Notes: a model not told the origin generated them from the letters alone. A stretch of DNA of 64,000 bases from an uncultured delta proteobacterium (GCA_963827685.1 CAWHBU010000004.1:320001-384000); one strand, 5' to 3'; shown: positions 40,502-50,209, numbered from the stretch's first letter. Translations and numbers: made by a program.

Positions 40502-40771
40502 GTGAACGGTATGGATGAAAGAATCAGACAGGCACAAGAAAAATTGGATTTTGCAATAAAGAAATTAAACCTAAATATTAGATGCGAAGTAATGAATCAC
40601 AAAGATGACAAATTTCCAACACAATTTTTTACGAGGGAAAATAAATTAATTATAGCATCTAATATCCATGAAGATTGGATTGAAGACACAAACATAAAAG
40701 AGGATTTTATTGATCCTAAATTACAAAAGTTTTTAACTAAGATAAACCGAAGGGCCAAAAGGATAAAATAG
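40502..40771 (+). CDS. Hypothetical protein
   Basis: AT-rich ORF tightly packed in co-oriented run. Confidence 0.5.
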   Translation: MNGMDERIRQAQEKLDFAIKKLNLNIRCEVMNHKDDKFPTQFFTRENKLIIASNIHEDWIEDTNIKEDFIDPKLQKFLTKINRRAKRIK

Positions 40772-40791
40772 GAAAAGAAGGGGTGACTCGA

Positions 40792-41232
40792 ATGAAATCA
40801 TTATCGGTTATGTTTGGATTTATCCTTGTCGGAGTTGTGATCTATGGTTATGGGAAAGTGTTGGGAGCGGATTGGAAATTGTATGCGGAAAGCGATTTTG
40901 CAAATTACTACTATGATGCAGAAGATATAATTCGCCCATCTGAAAACATTGTTAGGGTATGGAGTAGGACTCTTTATACGGAGAAAGGGGTAAATCAATG
41001 GAAAGCGAAAAAATTTGGGAAAGTCGTTCAGAAGTTTAGATACGAAAATTTAAGCAATTCAACAAACTTATGGGAAATTAATTGTGCTAAAAAAATGCAC
41101 CACATTTTATCATCAACTTTTTATTCCAAAGATGGGAGTGTTATAGAATCTTATAATTTTGACAGAGCCAACTGGATATCTATAAGGCCAGATTCTCCTG
41201 GCGAAAGTCTATACAAAACAGTGTGCAAATAA
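40792..41232 (+). CDS. Surface-adhesin E-like exported protein (paralog 2)
   Basis: MKSL signal, ADWKLY, YYDAEDI, RVWSR, EINC, WISIRPDS, VCK. Confidence 0.75.
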   Translation: MKSLSVMFGFILVGVVIYGYGKVLGADWKLYAESDFANYYYDAEDIIRPSENIVRVWSRTLYTEKGVNQWKAKKFGKVVQKFRYENLSNSTNLWEINCAKKMHHILSSTFYSKDGSVIESYNFDRANWISIRPDSPGESLYKTVCK

Positions 41233-41244
41233 ATGAGAAAGTAG

Positions 41245-41796
41245 GTGAATGATGTGGATAAGTTAATTATCGTACTAATTGGTTTGGCAATTTTCTTTAT
41301 ATGCGAATATTTGACTCCTCCAACAATTCAATCAATTAATTTAATAATAATATCCATTGGAGTTTATATAGCTTGGTCTCAATTGAGTAACATGAATACC
41401 CAAAGAAAAGCAGATTTTACTTATAAGATCTACAAAGACCTTTTGGAATGGCTTGCTTCCCATAAGGAATGTAGGGAATGGATATTTTCAGATTTAAATA
41501 ATTTCCCCCCATTAAAGCCCAATTACGAAAAATGGGAATTTGATGATTATCTTGGGTTTTTTGAAGCTGTTTGGAGTTTGAGGAAGAGAAGATTAGTAGA
41601 TGAGAAAATGGTTTATGACCTTCTTTCCGATTATCTTATTACAGTTTATGAAGCTAATAATTATGAGCTAAAGACAATAATTCAAGAGATAAGGAAAAAA
41701 GAAGGACGGGATTTTTATGAAGGACTGGAAGAACTCTATAAAGAAATGAAAAAACATGAAACAAAGAAATTTAACAAAGCGAAGTGCAAGCAATAG
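41245..41796 (+). CDS. Membrane-anchored hypothetical protein (DUF4760-like architecture)
   Basis: TM helices ending IAWSQL; YLGFFE...RLVDEKMVYD...YEGLEELY. Confidence 0.6.
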   Translation: MNDVDKLIIVLIGLAIFFICEYLTPPTIQSINLIIISIGVYIAWSQLSNMNTQRKADFTYKIYKDLLEWLASHKECREWIFSDLNNFPPLKPNYEKWEFDDYLGFFEAVWSLRKRRLVDEKMVYDLLSDYLITVYEANNYELKTIIQEIRKKEGRDFYEGLEELYKEMKKHETKKFNKAKCKQ

Positions 41797-42102
41797 AACT
41801 TAAAAAACACAGGAGAGGAGGTGAACCCGATTAACCCTAACCGGCCAATGGCGGTACCTCTTTCTTATAATCTTAACTTTTCGTAAGAAGTTAGTATTAA
41901 CATCCCGCCAAATTCTCCAAGTATTCTAAACCATTGTTTAAACAATCCCGCAATCACATCAATCCTATCCAACCTATCCTAACGATGAATCAGTAACCTC
42001 TTTACCCTCCTTAATTAATTATTTTGTTCGCACGAAATAGCAGGGATGGGGACCAGGCTCGACCACCCAGTCTCTGGTCTTTTGCGAGGTCTTCCTGGTA
42101 AA

Positions 42103-42143
42103 AATGTTACCGTTAACATTAGATTCGATATTATCGTTAACAC
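42103..42143. promoter_or_regulatory. LacI-family-like operator pair
   Basis: AATGTTACCGTTAACATT palindrome and a degenerate copy TATTATCGTTAACA. Confidence 0.45.
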
Positions 42144-42237
42144 AATTGATTGATTTCAAAAATATGTGGCAAGCAAGCATTGGAAATCATTAATGAATAG
42201 ATTAATATCATGTTTTGTTAAAAAATTCACTTTTTTA

Positions 42238-42266
42238 TTGAAATTTCTATTTCTGGGTTCTATAAT
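42238..42266 (+). promoter_or_regulatory. Sigma70 promoter of the MFS gene
   Basis: TTGAAA-N17-TATAAT. Confidence 0.65.
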
Positions 42267-42279
42267 TATGGTCAATTTA

Positions 42280-42646
42280 CCCGCCTACGCAGAAGACCAC
42301 GCCTGCGTGCCCTGCCTTCGCCGAAGCGGCTTCGCGCAGGCAGGCGAAACGCTAAAACGGACTTAGGCGTGCAGGCACGGACTATGCCCGTGGACGCCGT
42401 CGGCCATAGCCTATGGCGTCGGACGATGAATGCGTAAGTCATGCCGAATCATTCTATGTCGATGTGCTGCGTTGCTTCGGCGGATTTCGCTACTGGCGGA
42501 TAACCCTTCGAAGCCTTGGCGCTTGCGCGCCGAAGCGCTACAGCGCCCAGGTGCGTAGGAGGGTATTTTCATGGAGGAGCCACGCCTGCGTGCCGGAACT
42601 TTTTGGGGAAGACATCTGATCGTGGCACTTCGGCGTGCAGGCACGG
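42280..42646. repeat. Nested GC-rich REP-like palindromes
   Basis: CCACGCCTGCGTGCC...GGCGTGCAGGCACGG at 42297-42380 and 42580-42646, plus further embedded hairpins. Confidence 0.7.
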
Positions 42647-42690
42647 GCTTTGCCGGTGGTGCTCCACATCTCAGAACGGAGGGAAACAAG

Positions 42691-43962
42691 ATGGGTAGAA
42701 AAGGCTGGTTAGTTACTTTTTCAGGAATGGGTTTGAATCTGGCTTTAGGCGTTTTGTATTCATGGAGTGTTTTCGGTAAACAATTTACAGAGGCTGTTGA
42801 TAAAGGCGGGTTCGGATGGAGTAAAACCAATGCGGCTCTACCTTATACCGTAGCTATAGCTTTCTTTGCTGCAATGATGGTTCCGGCTGGCCGTCTTCAG
42901 GATAAATTTGGTCCGCGCATCGTAGCCACCGTGGGCGCCTTATTGACAGGGTTAGGGCTTGTTGTGACAGGCTTTGCTACACCAGGGAATATCTTACCTG
43001 CTCTAATCGGTTTCGGTATGATGGCTGGTACAGGAATTGGTTTAGGATATGCTACGGCTACCCCTGCGGCAGTGAAATGGTTTCCTCCAGAGAAAAAGGG
43101 ATTGATTACCGGCATTGTAGTGAGCGGTTTTGGCCTTGCTTCTGTTTATATCGCCCCGGTCAGTAGATCTTTTCTTGCTGCCTATGGAGTGAAAGGTGCA
43201 TTCATGATTCTCGGCATCGGTTTTGCCGTGATCACGTTCATCCTCACCCAATTTATCAATAATCCTTCCACTCCGGCTGTGGCTTTAAATCAGCAAGTCT
43301 CTCACAACAATAACAACTATAAGGTTGATTATTCCTGGTCAGAAATGTTAAGGACTCGAACCTTCTACCTTCTTTGGATTGAGTTTGCGTGCGGAGCCAT
43401 GGCAGGCCTGATGATCATCGGACACCTGGCCAAGATTGTCTCTGTCCAGTCAGGAAATGCGATTCAGATCGGTTTCATCTTTGTGGCACTCCTCGCCATT
43501 TTTAACGCCGGAGGTCGTCTCGTTGCGGGTTTCGTATCCGACTATATTGGCCGATTAAAGACGATCTTAATTATCTGCTTAAGTCAGGCCGTGGTCATGT
43601 TTTTCTTCTCGAAGATTTCCACGATCTCCACGTTTGTCCTGGGATCTGCCGTCGTCGGATTTAGTTACGGGGCCTGTCTCTCTCTGTTCCCCTCGACCTG
43701 TGCCGATTATTGGGGGACAAAAAATCTTGGGTTGAATTACGGGATCCTTTTTACAGCATGGGGTGTGGGAGGAGTATTCGGGCCCATCCTGGCCGGTAGG
43801 ATCGCAGACGCCTCGGGCAATTATACTATGGCCTATATCATCTCAGCCTCTCTGATGATCTTTGCAGCGATCCTCACCTTCTTCACGAAAGCTCCCGAGA
43901 GGAAGATGGCAGAGGAATTCTCCCAGCCGATTCTTGCAAGAGAACTTCAGGCGACAGATTGA
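42691..43962 (+). CDS. MFS transporter, oxalate/formate antiporter (OFA) family
   Basis: GVLYSWSVF, GRLQDKFGPR, KWFPPEKKGLITG, DYWGTKNLGLNYG. Confidence 0.88.
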   Translation: MGRKGWLVTFSGMGLNLALGVLYSWSVFGKQFTEAVDKGGFGWSKTNAALPYTVAIAFFAAMMVPAGRLQDKFGPRIVATVGALLTGLGLVVTGFATPGNILPALIGFGMMAGTGIGLGYATATPAAVKWFPPEKKGLITGIVVSGFGLASVYIAPVSRSFLAAYGVKGAFMILGIGFAVITFILTQFINNPSTPAVALNQQVSHNNNNYKVDYSWSEMLRTRTFYLLWIEFACGAMAGLMIIGHLAKIVSVQSGNAIQIGFIFVALLAIFNAGGRLVAGFVSDYIGRLKTILIICLSQAVVMFFFSKISTISTFVLGSAVVGFSYGACLSLFPSTCADYWGTKNLGLNYGILFTAWGVGGVFGPILAGRIADASGNYTMAYIISASLMIFAAILTFFTKAPERKMAEEFSQPILARELQATD

Positions 43963-43978
43963 TTCTTGATCCCTTCCG

Positions 43979-44006
43979 AAAAGCCCCCGCATGGGGGCTT
44001 TTTTTT
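43979..44006 (+). terminator. Intrinsic terminator
   Basis: AAAAGCCCCC-GCAT-GGGGGCTTTTTTT. Confidence 0.8.
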
Positions 44007-44049
44007 GGCCTATGACCGTTATCCCCCTCACCCTATCCCTCTCCCCAAG

Positions 44050-44291
44050 GAGGTTGTGTCGTAATCAATGACGGAGGGGAGATATTGACAGAGCAGACAG
44101 TCAAGTTCCTCAGCTTTAGAAGGCGGTCATTTAGAGGTATGGGTAATCGAGCTTCTTTCAAATGTAATCTTTCCATGGGCTTGCAGCCCCGTAGCTGACC
44201 GATAAAAGGTTTCCGCCCTAAAGCTTCGTCACCTGACCGCCTGCTCCGTCTTGTTGCGAGAGCGGTCTCTTGTTCATTATGACACAGTCTC
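44050..44291. mobile_element. MITE (242 bp) with 16-bp TIRs and AAG target duplication, inserted in a REP hairpin
   Basis: GAGGTTGTGTCGTAAT / ATTATGACACAGTCTC (13 of 16 complementary); AAG at 44047-44049 and 44292-44294. Confidence 0.8.
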
Positions 44292-44490
44292 AAGGGGAGA
44301 GGGGAGGGTGAGGGGGACGTTTACTTAGAAAAAGGGGATGTTGATTCCCTTTCAAAACTCATTTAGAATGAACTTTAAAGTGAAGCTCCCCGCCCATCCC
44401 GTTAGGACGGGACAGGCACGGCGGGGCTTGCGGGGCACGTTCCGGCCAGAGGGATTCTCGAATCTCTATCCGAACAGAAGGAGTTTGAGC

Positions 44491-47193
44491 ATGCCAAACG
44501 AATTGAAGAAGACAGCGCTTTATTCGTGGCATAAGGGGCACGGCGGGGAATTGATTGAATTTTCCGGTTGGGAAATGCCTGTTGCTTATCAACGGGGTAT
44601 CCTCGAGGAGCATTCAAGCACAAGGAGATTTGGAGGACTCTTCGATAACTCCCATATGGGACGTTTTTTGATTCGCGGAATAGACGCTGTTCCTTTTATG
44701 CAGCATATCTTAACAAACAATGTGACCGCCCTTGATCCGGGTGTGGCCCAGTACACGCTGATTCAGAATGAAGAGGGAGGTTCGATTGACGATGCCTACG
44801 TCTATCGGCTGGAAGAAGAGGATCCTTCTCTGGAAACAAATTATCTCCTTGTTGTGAATGCGGCGAATAGGGAGAAAGATTGGAATTGGTTTCTCGATCA
44901 TAAGAAACAGTACAAGAATGTGGCGATTGACGACAAAACCGATGAAATCGGAATGATCGCACTCCAAGGTCCTCACGCCAGGAAAGTATTAGAGAAGATT
45001 CTTTTGGAAGATCGCCCAAAACTTCCTGACCCATGGAGAAATCGCCTAAGGGTTTGTGAGTTAGAGGGAGAGCACGTCCACGTAACGATCTCAAGAACAG
45101 GATACACGGGTGAACCCATCTGTTTCGAATTATTTTTGCCTGGGGAGAAGTTAAGGCTCTTATGGAAGAAGATCCTTGACGCCGGAGAGAAAGAGGGAAT
45201 TGTTCCCGTAGGTTTAGGAACGAGGGATACCCTGAGGCTGGAAGCAGGACTACCCCTTCACGGTCACGAGTTAGGGCTCGATGCACAGGGAATCGATATC
45301 CCCATCTATGCGGTACCGTCAGCAGCAAGGCTGGCCATGAGTTTCTCTCCCTTAAAAGGAGAATTCATCGGAAGGGATATCCTGAAAAGGCAATTTGAAG
45401 AGGTGACGGCAAGAGAAAGCGGCAAACCTCTACCACCCAAAGAAAGACAGTTAGTTCCTAAAAGGATATTCCCGATTACCCTCAGCGGTCAGGAGGTTGC
45501 CGGACAGGGCGACGAAGTTTTTGCAAATGGGGAACTGGTGGGACATGTGTCGAGCGGGACGATGGCTCCCTATTGGGTTTTCTCTGATCGGGGAATCCTT
45601 TCAGAACCGACAGATGAAAAAAGAATGAGATCGATTGCCCTCGCTTATATCGATTCAGATTTAAAGGAGGGGCAGAGTATAGAAATTTCTTGCCGGGGGA
45701 AGAAGGTGGAAGGAGTGATCGTAGAAAGGCATCTCTCCAGCGAAGCTCCGCCTTACGCCCATCCTATTCTGATACAAGAACCGAAGAAGATTCATGCCCC
45801 AGTGGGAAGCTTAAAGGAGTTGTCCGAAAGACTCATCCGTCGCGTGGCTGAGAATACCCATTGGAGACAGAGAGAGACATTCAACCTCATCCCTTCGGAA
45901 ACGACCCCTTCTCTTCTTGTGAGACTTCTTACGATTTCCGATCCATCGGGCCGATATGCTGAACACCGGTTGATGAAAGCCTTTAGGGAAAGCGATGTCT
46001 TCTATTATCAAGGGACAGAGTTGATCGGAGAAGTGGAGGCCCTGGTCACGGAGGAGCTTCGACGCTTCCTCGGGTGCTCAGAAGTTGAGGCGAGGATAAC
46101 CAGCGGTCAGATGGCCAATACCGCTGTCTTCAGCGGGATCGTGGATTACCTCAACCGTTTGGACCGGAGAAGCGAGCCTCGCAGGATCAGAAAGGTGATG
46201 AACCATCATATCGGGAGGGGAGGGCACCTGAGCGCCCAACCCATGGGAGCCTTGAAAGATTTTATTGCCAATGATCCAACGACCGAGAGGCCAGCGGCTG
46301 TTCCTTTTCCCGTGATGAAGGATGATCTATACAGGATTGATCTGCTGAAAACCCGGGAATTGTTGGAAGGACATAAGCCCGATTTGATCGTTCTGGGCAA
46401 AAGCATGGTGATCTATAAAGAGCCTGTGAGGGAGGTTGCGGAAATGATTGCTCCGATGAATCCAAAACCAATCCTCCTCTACGACATGGCCCATGTTCTG
46501 GGACTGATCGGACCTTATTTCCAGGAGCCCTTTAAAGAAGGTGCGGATATTGTGACAGGTTCCACCCATAAGACTTTCTTCGGGCCACAGAGAGGGCTCA
46601 TTTCGAGTAACATGTCAGAGGGGACGGAATATGAGGAGCTATGGGAAGCGATTGTCCGTAGAGTCTTTCCCGGAAGCGTCAGCAACCATCACCTGGGAAC
46701 ACTGGTGGGCCTCTTACTGGCTGCCTATGAAATGAATGCCTTCAAGTCGGATTATCAGAAAGCGGTGATCTCCAATGCCAAGGCATTTGCGCGTGCCCTC
46801 AAAGATCAAGGAATCATGGTGGAAGGTGATTCAAGCATTGGATATACCGAGACCCATCAGGTCATCGGCAGGGTTGACTATGGAAAGGGGCCATTGGTCG
46901 CCGATCGGTTGGAAAAAAATAACATCATCGTGAACTATCAGAGCGCACCGGACGACGAGGCCTTCACCACGGCGAGTTGCCTGAGGATGGGGGTTCAAGA
47001 GATGACGCGTTTCGCGATGAAGGAAAATGACTTTGCTCAACTGGCCCAATACATGGGTGAGGTGATCCTTCATGACCGACCCATGGCTAAGGAAATTTCC
47101 CAATTCAGAAAAAAATTCACTGAAATGAAATACTGTCTGCCTGAATCGGAATCTCGATCCTTGGTGGAAAGATTGTTGGAGACGATCCGGTAA
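44491..47193 (+). CDS. gcvT-glyA: Fusion of aminomethyltransferase GcvT and serine hydroxymethyltransferase
   Basis: N-half FSGWEMPV, GLFDNSHMG, SRTGYTGE, RDTLRLEAG; C-half LIPSE, GGHLS, DMAHVLGLI, PLP-Lys STHKT. Confidence 0.92.
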   Translation: MPNELKKTALYSWHKGHGGELIEFSGWEMPVAYQRGILEEHSSTRRFGGLFDNSHMGRFLIRGIDAVPFMQHILTNNVTALDPGVAQYTLIQNEEGGSIDDAYVYRLEEEDPSLETNYLLVVNAANREKDWNWFLDHKKQYKNVAIDDKTDEIGMIALQGPHARKVLEKILLEDRPKLPDPWRNRLRVCELEGEHVHVTISRTGYTGEPICFELFLPGEKLRLLWKKILDAGEKEGIVPVGLGTRDTLRLEAGLPLHGHELGLDAQGIDIPIYAVPSAARLAMSFSPLKGEFIGRDILKRQFEEVTARESGKPLPPKERQLVPKRIFPITLSGQEVAGQGDEVFANGELVGHVSSGTMAPYWVFSDRGILSEPTDEKRMRSIALAYIDSDLKEGQSIEISCRGKKVEGVIVERHLSSEAPPYAHPILIQEPKKIHAPVGSLKELSERLIRRVAENTHWRQRETFNLIPSETTPSLLVRLLTISDPSGRYAEHRLMKAFRESDVFYYQGTELIGEVEALVTEELRRFLGCSEVEARITSGQMANTAVFSGIVDYLNRLDRRSEPRRIRKVMNHHIGRGGHLSAQPMGALKDFIANDPTTERPAAVPFPVMKDDLYRIDLLKTRELLEGHKPDLIVLGKSMVIYKEPVREVAEMIAPMNPKPILLYDMAHVLGLIGPYFQEPFKEGADIVTGSTHKTFFGPQRGLISSNMSEGTEYEELWEAIVRRVFPGSVSNHHLGTLVGLLLAAYEMNAFKSDYQKAVISNAKAFARALKDQGIMVEGDSSIGYTETHQVIGRVDYGKGPLVADRLEKNNIIVNYQSAPDDEAFTTASCLRMGVQEMTRFAMKENDFAQLAQYMGEVILHDRPMAKEISQFRKKFTEMKYCLPESESRSLVERLLETIR

Positions 47194-47243
47194 CGGTTTG
47201 GAGAGAGTCGTTCTGCCAAGAAATAAGGACGGGTGCGTTCAAG

Positions 47244-48362
47244 ATGATTAGTAAGAACGATATCATTGAAAAGGCTTACGAATGCGGTTTTGGGGATATT
47301 GGTTTCACCACTGCTGATTCTTTTGACTCCCAAAGGGAGCTTTTGCAAGAAAGACAAAAAGAGTATGAGTGGGCATTTAAAATGGGTTTGGATCTTATGG
47401 CAGGCACCGACCCCAAACGGATTTTTGCAGATGCCAAGACAATTATCGTTTTAATGGAAGTCTATTTTAAGGAAGCCTTTCCCCCCTCCATGGAAAATTA
47501 TTTCGGTCGTTGCTACTTGGATGATGACCGAATCGTCATGGATCATTTAGCGAAAAGGATTAAAGCCTTTCGCTCTTTTCTCCGAGATAACGGCATCAAT
47601 TCAAAAGTTCCGTTTCAACTCCCCCACAGGTTGGCCGCTGCTCGAGCCGGGATGGGCACATTTGGTAAGAACTGCCTTTTTTATTCAAACAAGGTGGTTT
47701 GCCAAGGTTCATGGGTATTGCCCATAGCGGTTGCCGTTGACCTTGAATTTTCACCTGATGAGCCCACACTTCGAGTGGGATGCCCGGATTGGTGCAAGAA
47801 CTCTTGCATTGTTGCATGCCCCACGGGCGCTTTAAAGGGGCCTCGTCATATAGACCCGACTCGATGTATCTCTTATCTCACTTACTATGGCGAAGGAATT
47901 ACTCCCATAGAGCTTCGTGAGCCCATGGGTTTGTGGGTCTATGGTTGTGATCATTGTCAGGACGTATGCCCGCGAAATGCCCCCTGGTTAGCTAAGGAAT
48001 TGCCCGTTAATAAAAAAGTAGCTGCGATGGTAGATGACTTCAAACTCAGTAAATTGTTACATATGGATAAGGCCTATTTTAACAGCAGAATCTGGCCGCA
48101 TATGTTTTACATATCTGACAAAGATCTATGGCGATGGAAGATGAATGTAGCGAGAGCCATGGGAAATAGCCGCGACGATGAGCATATCCCATATCTCTTA
48201 ACAGCATTCCGTAACAATGATGATGAAAGGGTATTGGGTATGGTGGCCTGGGCGATTGGTCGTATCGGTGGCCCAAGGGCTAAGAGAGCTTTGAATGATC
48301 TTCTTCCTGGAAGTGAGGGCTTGATTCGAGAAGAAATATTGCTTGCATTGGAAAAATCTTAA
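47244..48362 (+). CDS. queG: Epoxyqueuosine reductase-like 4Fe-4S protein with HEAT repeats
   Basis: AAARAGMGTFGKN, C..WC...CIVACPTGAL, RCISYLT, GCDHCQDVCP. Confidence 0.75.
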   Translation: MISKNDIIEKAYECGFGDIGFTTADSFDSQRELLQERQKEYEWAFKMGLDLMAGTDPKRIFADAKTIIVLMEVYFKEAFPPSMENYFGRCYLDDDRIVMDHLAKRIKAFRSFLRDNGINSKVPFQLPHRLAAARAGMGTFGKNCLFYSNKVVCQGSWVLPIAVAVDLEFSPDEPTLRVGCPDWCKNSCIVACPTGALKGPRHIDPTRCISYLTYYGEGITPIELREPMGLWVYGCDHCQDVCPRNAPWLAKELPVNKKVAAMVDDFKLSKLLHMDKAYFNSRIWPHMFYISDKDLWRWKMNVARAMGNSRDDEHIPYLLTAFRNNDDERVLGMVAWAIGRIGGPRAKRALNDLLPGSEGLIREEILLALEKS

Positions 48363-48442
48363 AGTTTGATTTTCAGCATTTCATTTGAGAGATCAAACGC
48401 AAGGATATATTGTGTTACATCAGGACTGACGGCGAGGCATTG

Positions 48443-49510
48443 ATGGCGAAAGTGATGATTCATCCTGCTACCTATGAGAATGTCCGTCAGGCTGTGGACC
48501 GGGCCTTTGAACTCTTCCCCTTGAAATTCCAGGGGAAGAAGGTGTTGATAAAACCCAATGTGCTTCGGGCTTCAAAGGCAGAAGAAGGGATCGTCACCCA
48601 TCCTGCAGTGGTTCGGGCCGTAGTGGAAAAGGTTGAGACAATGGGGCCCGCTTCCATCGTAGTGGGCGACAATCCGGGGATTTTCGGCTATGGGGCAAAT
48701 GAGGAATGCTTCAAGAGATCGGGTCTGATGGATGCAGCCAAGGGCTATTATCAAAACATCGGAAATGATTCACAGGGGGTTGATTTTAACCCCGATTTCG
48801 TGCCCACGGTGAGCCTCTCCCGAGCTGTCATAGACGCCGATATCATCATCAGTCTCCCGAAGTTCAAAACCCACGGCTTATCCGTCGTCACCGGAGCGAT
48901 CAAGAACAGTTATGGCCTTTTGCCCGGCGCGCAGAAGGCTAAGCTGCACAAGGCGGCCGGCCGCGCCGAACGCTTTCATGAGATGCTGATCGATGTGTTC
49001 CGGCTCCGGGTCCCCGATCTGTTCCTCATGGACGCCGTGATCGGTATGGAGGGCAATGGTCCGGCTTCCCCCGACCTCAGAAACATCGGCCTGATCCTGG
49101 CGTCTGACAACGCCGTGGCCTTGGATGGTGTCATGGCGACCATGATGGGGTGTGAACCGGGTCGGCTACGATTTCTTCAAAAGGCGAAGGAAGTGGGTTT
49201 GGGGGAATACGACCTCCGTACGATCGAAGTCATCGGGGAGTTGAGACAGCTGCCCGATTTCAAGCTTCCTCCGTTGGGCGGCGAAGCAAATCTTGATAAT
49301 GAGGCAATACAGAGAGTGGTACACAGCCGGACGATCCTGCGACCGCAAGCCGATCCTGAGCTGTGCACAGGCTGCGGCACCTGCATCGATCAGTGTCCGG
49401 TGTCAGCTTTGTCCATGAGTGACCACCTTCCCCAGGTGGATGCCGACACTTGTATCACTTGCTTCTGCTGCCAGGAAATCTGTCCCGAGAAAGCCATGAC
49501 CCTGAGATGA
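48443..49510 (+). CDS. DUF362 protein with C-terminal 2x[4Fe-4S] ferredoxin
   Basis: VLIKPN, THP, LPKFKTH, GAIKN; CTGCGTCIDQCP and CITCFCCQEICP. Confidence 0.88.
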   Translation: MAKVMIHPATYENVRQAVDRAFELFPLKFQGKKVLIKPNVLRASKAEEGIVTHPAVVRAVVEKVETMGPASIVVGDNPGIFGYGANEECFKRSGLMDAAKGYYQNIGNDSQGVDFNPDFVPTVSLSRAVIDADIIISLPKFKTHGLSVVTGAIKNSYGLLPGAQKAKLHKAAGRAERFHEMLIDVFRLRVPDLFLMDAVIGMEGNGPASPDLRNIGLILASDNAVALDGVMATMMGCEPGRLRFLQKAKEVGLGEYDLRTIEVIGELRQLPDFKLPPLGGEANLDNEAIQRVVHSRTILRPQADPELCTGCGTCIDQCPVSALSMSDHLPQVDADTCITCFCCQEICPEKAMTLR

Positions 49511-49583
49511 TCTTCATGTTAGGTTGAATCGGCAGTTGAGTGTGCTTTAAAAGCATTGCCAAGCCCCGCCTTTGGCGGGATGG

Positions 49584-49640
49584 AGGATTCAAGGGTTCGA
49601 GGAGTCTAAAGGATAACTGGAATCCTCGAATCCTCAAACT
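49584..49640. repeat. Inverted 8-mer arrays (GGATTCGA/TCGAATCC-like)
   Basis: GGATTCAA GGGTTCGA GGAGTCTA ... AATCCTCG AATCCTCA. Confidence 0.55.
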
Positions 49641-49660
49641 AACGAAAGGGGGAGATTGAA

Positions 49661-50209
49661 ATGGTTAATCAAAAGAAGGTTCTTTTTTGGAGGTTGATGA
49701 TTTTGACATGCCTGATCATCGTCTGGGGGTGTGCGAATACTCCCAAAACTCTTGATCCTTCCGTTTCCGGACCACAGGTGATAGTGAATCCGGAATTCAT
49801 TCGTCTTTCGGTGTCTAAGTTGAAAGATACGAATATCGTCTTTGAGGGATCAGGGTTTAAATCTGGGGATTCGGTATTAATCACTCTCTTAGGTCCCAAT
49901 GAGACAAAGGTATTCGTTGCCGAAGCTCCAATTAAGCCTGATGGAACTTTCAATGCGCCGGTACCCCCTTTAACGAAGTTTATGGAGATTTTAAGGGCGG
50001 ACGTTACGTTTGATGAAAAGTTTCAGAATGTCGTGGTGATCAGTCAACCTCCCATTCCAAAGGGCGTCTATAGGGCGAAGGCTGGCAGCATGATTTCAAA
50101 GCAAACTGCAGAAACCAAAATGACTGTCAAAGGTCCAACCGTCATCGATAGCCTTAAAGATTGGATTGGAGGACTAACAGGAAAGATCAAGCACAAAAAG
50201 GAAAAATAG
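49661..50209 (+). CDS. Hypothetical lipoprotein
   Basis: Lipobox VWGC; FEGSGFKSGDSV beta-rich segment. Confidence 0.75.
   Translation: MVNQKKVLFWRLMILTCLIIVWGCANTPKTLDPSVSGPQVIVNPEFIRLSVSKLKDTNIVFEGSGFKSGDSVLITLLGPNETKVFVAEAPIKPDGTFNAPVPPLTKFMEILRADVTFDEKFQNVVVISQPPIPKGVYRAKAGSMISKQTAETKMTVKGPTVIDSLKDWIGGLTGKIKHKKEK

Noticed and set aside
40172-41852. 36-bp repeat as a CRISPR repeat
   Set aside because: Only two copies, 1.6 kb apart with genes between them, and no cas genes
42480-42560. ZTP riboswitch upstream of one-carbon genes (ACTGGCGGA)
   Set aside because: The other conserved elements and the 3' CGCCTGGG hairpin are not recognisable; nested repeats explain the region
44338-44490. N-terminal extension of GcvT-SHMT (likewise of the MFS at 42571-42690)
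   Set aside because: Both read through palindromic repeats; RBS-supported starts are 44491 and 42691
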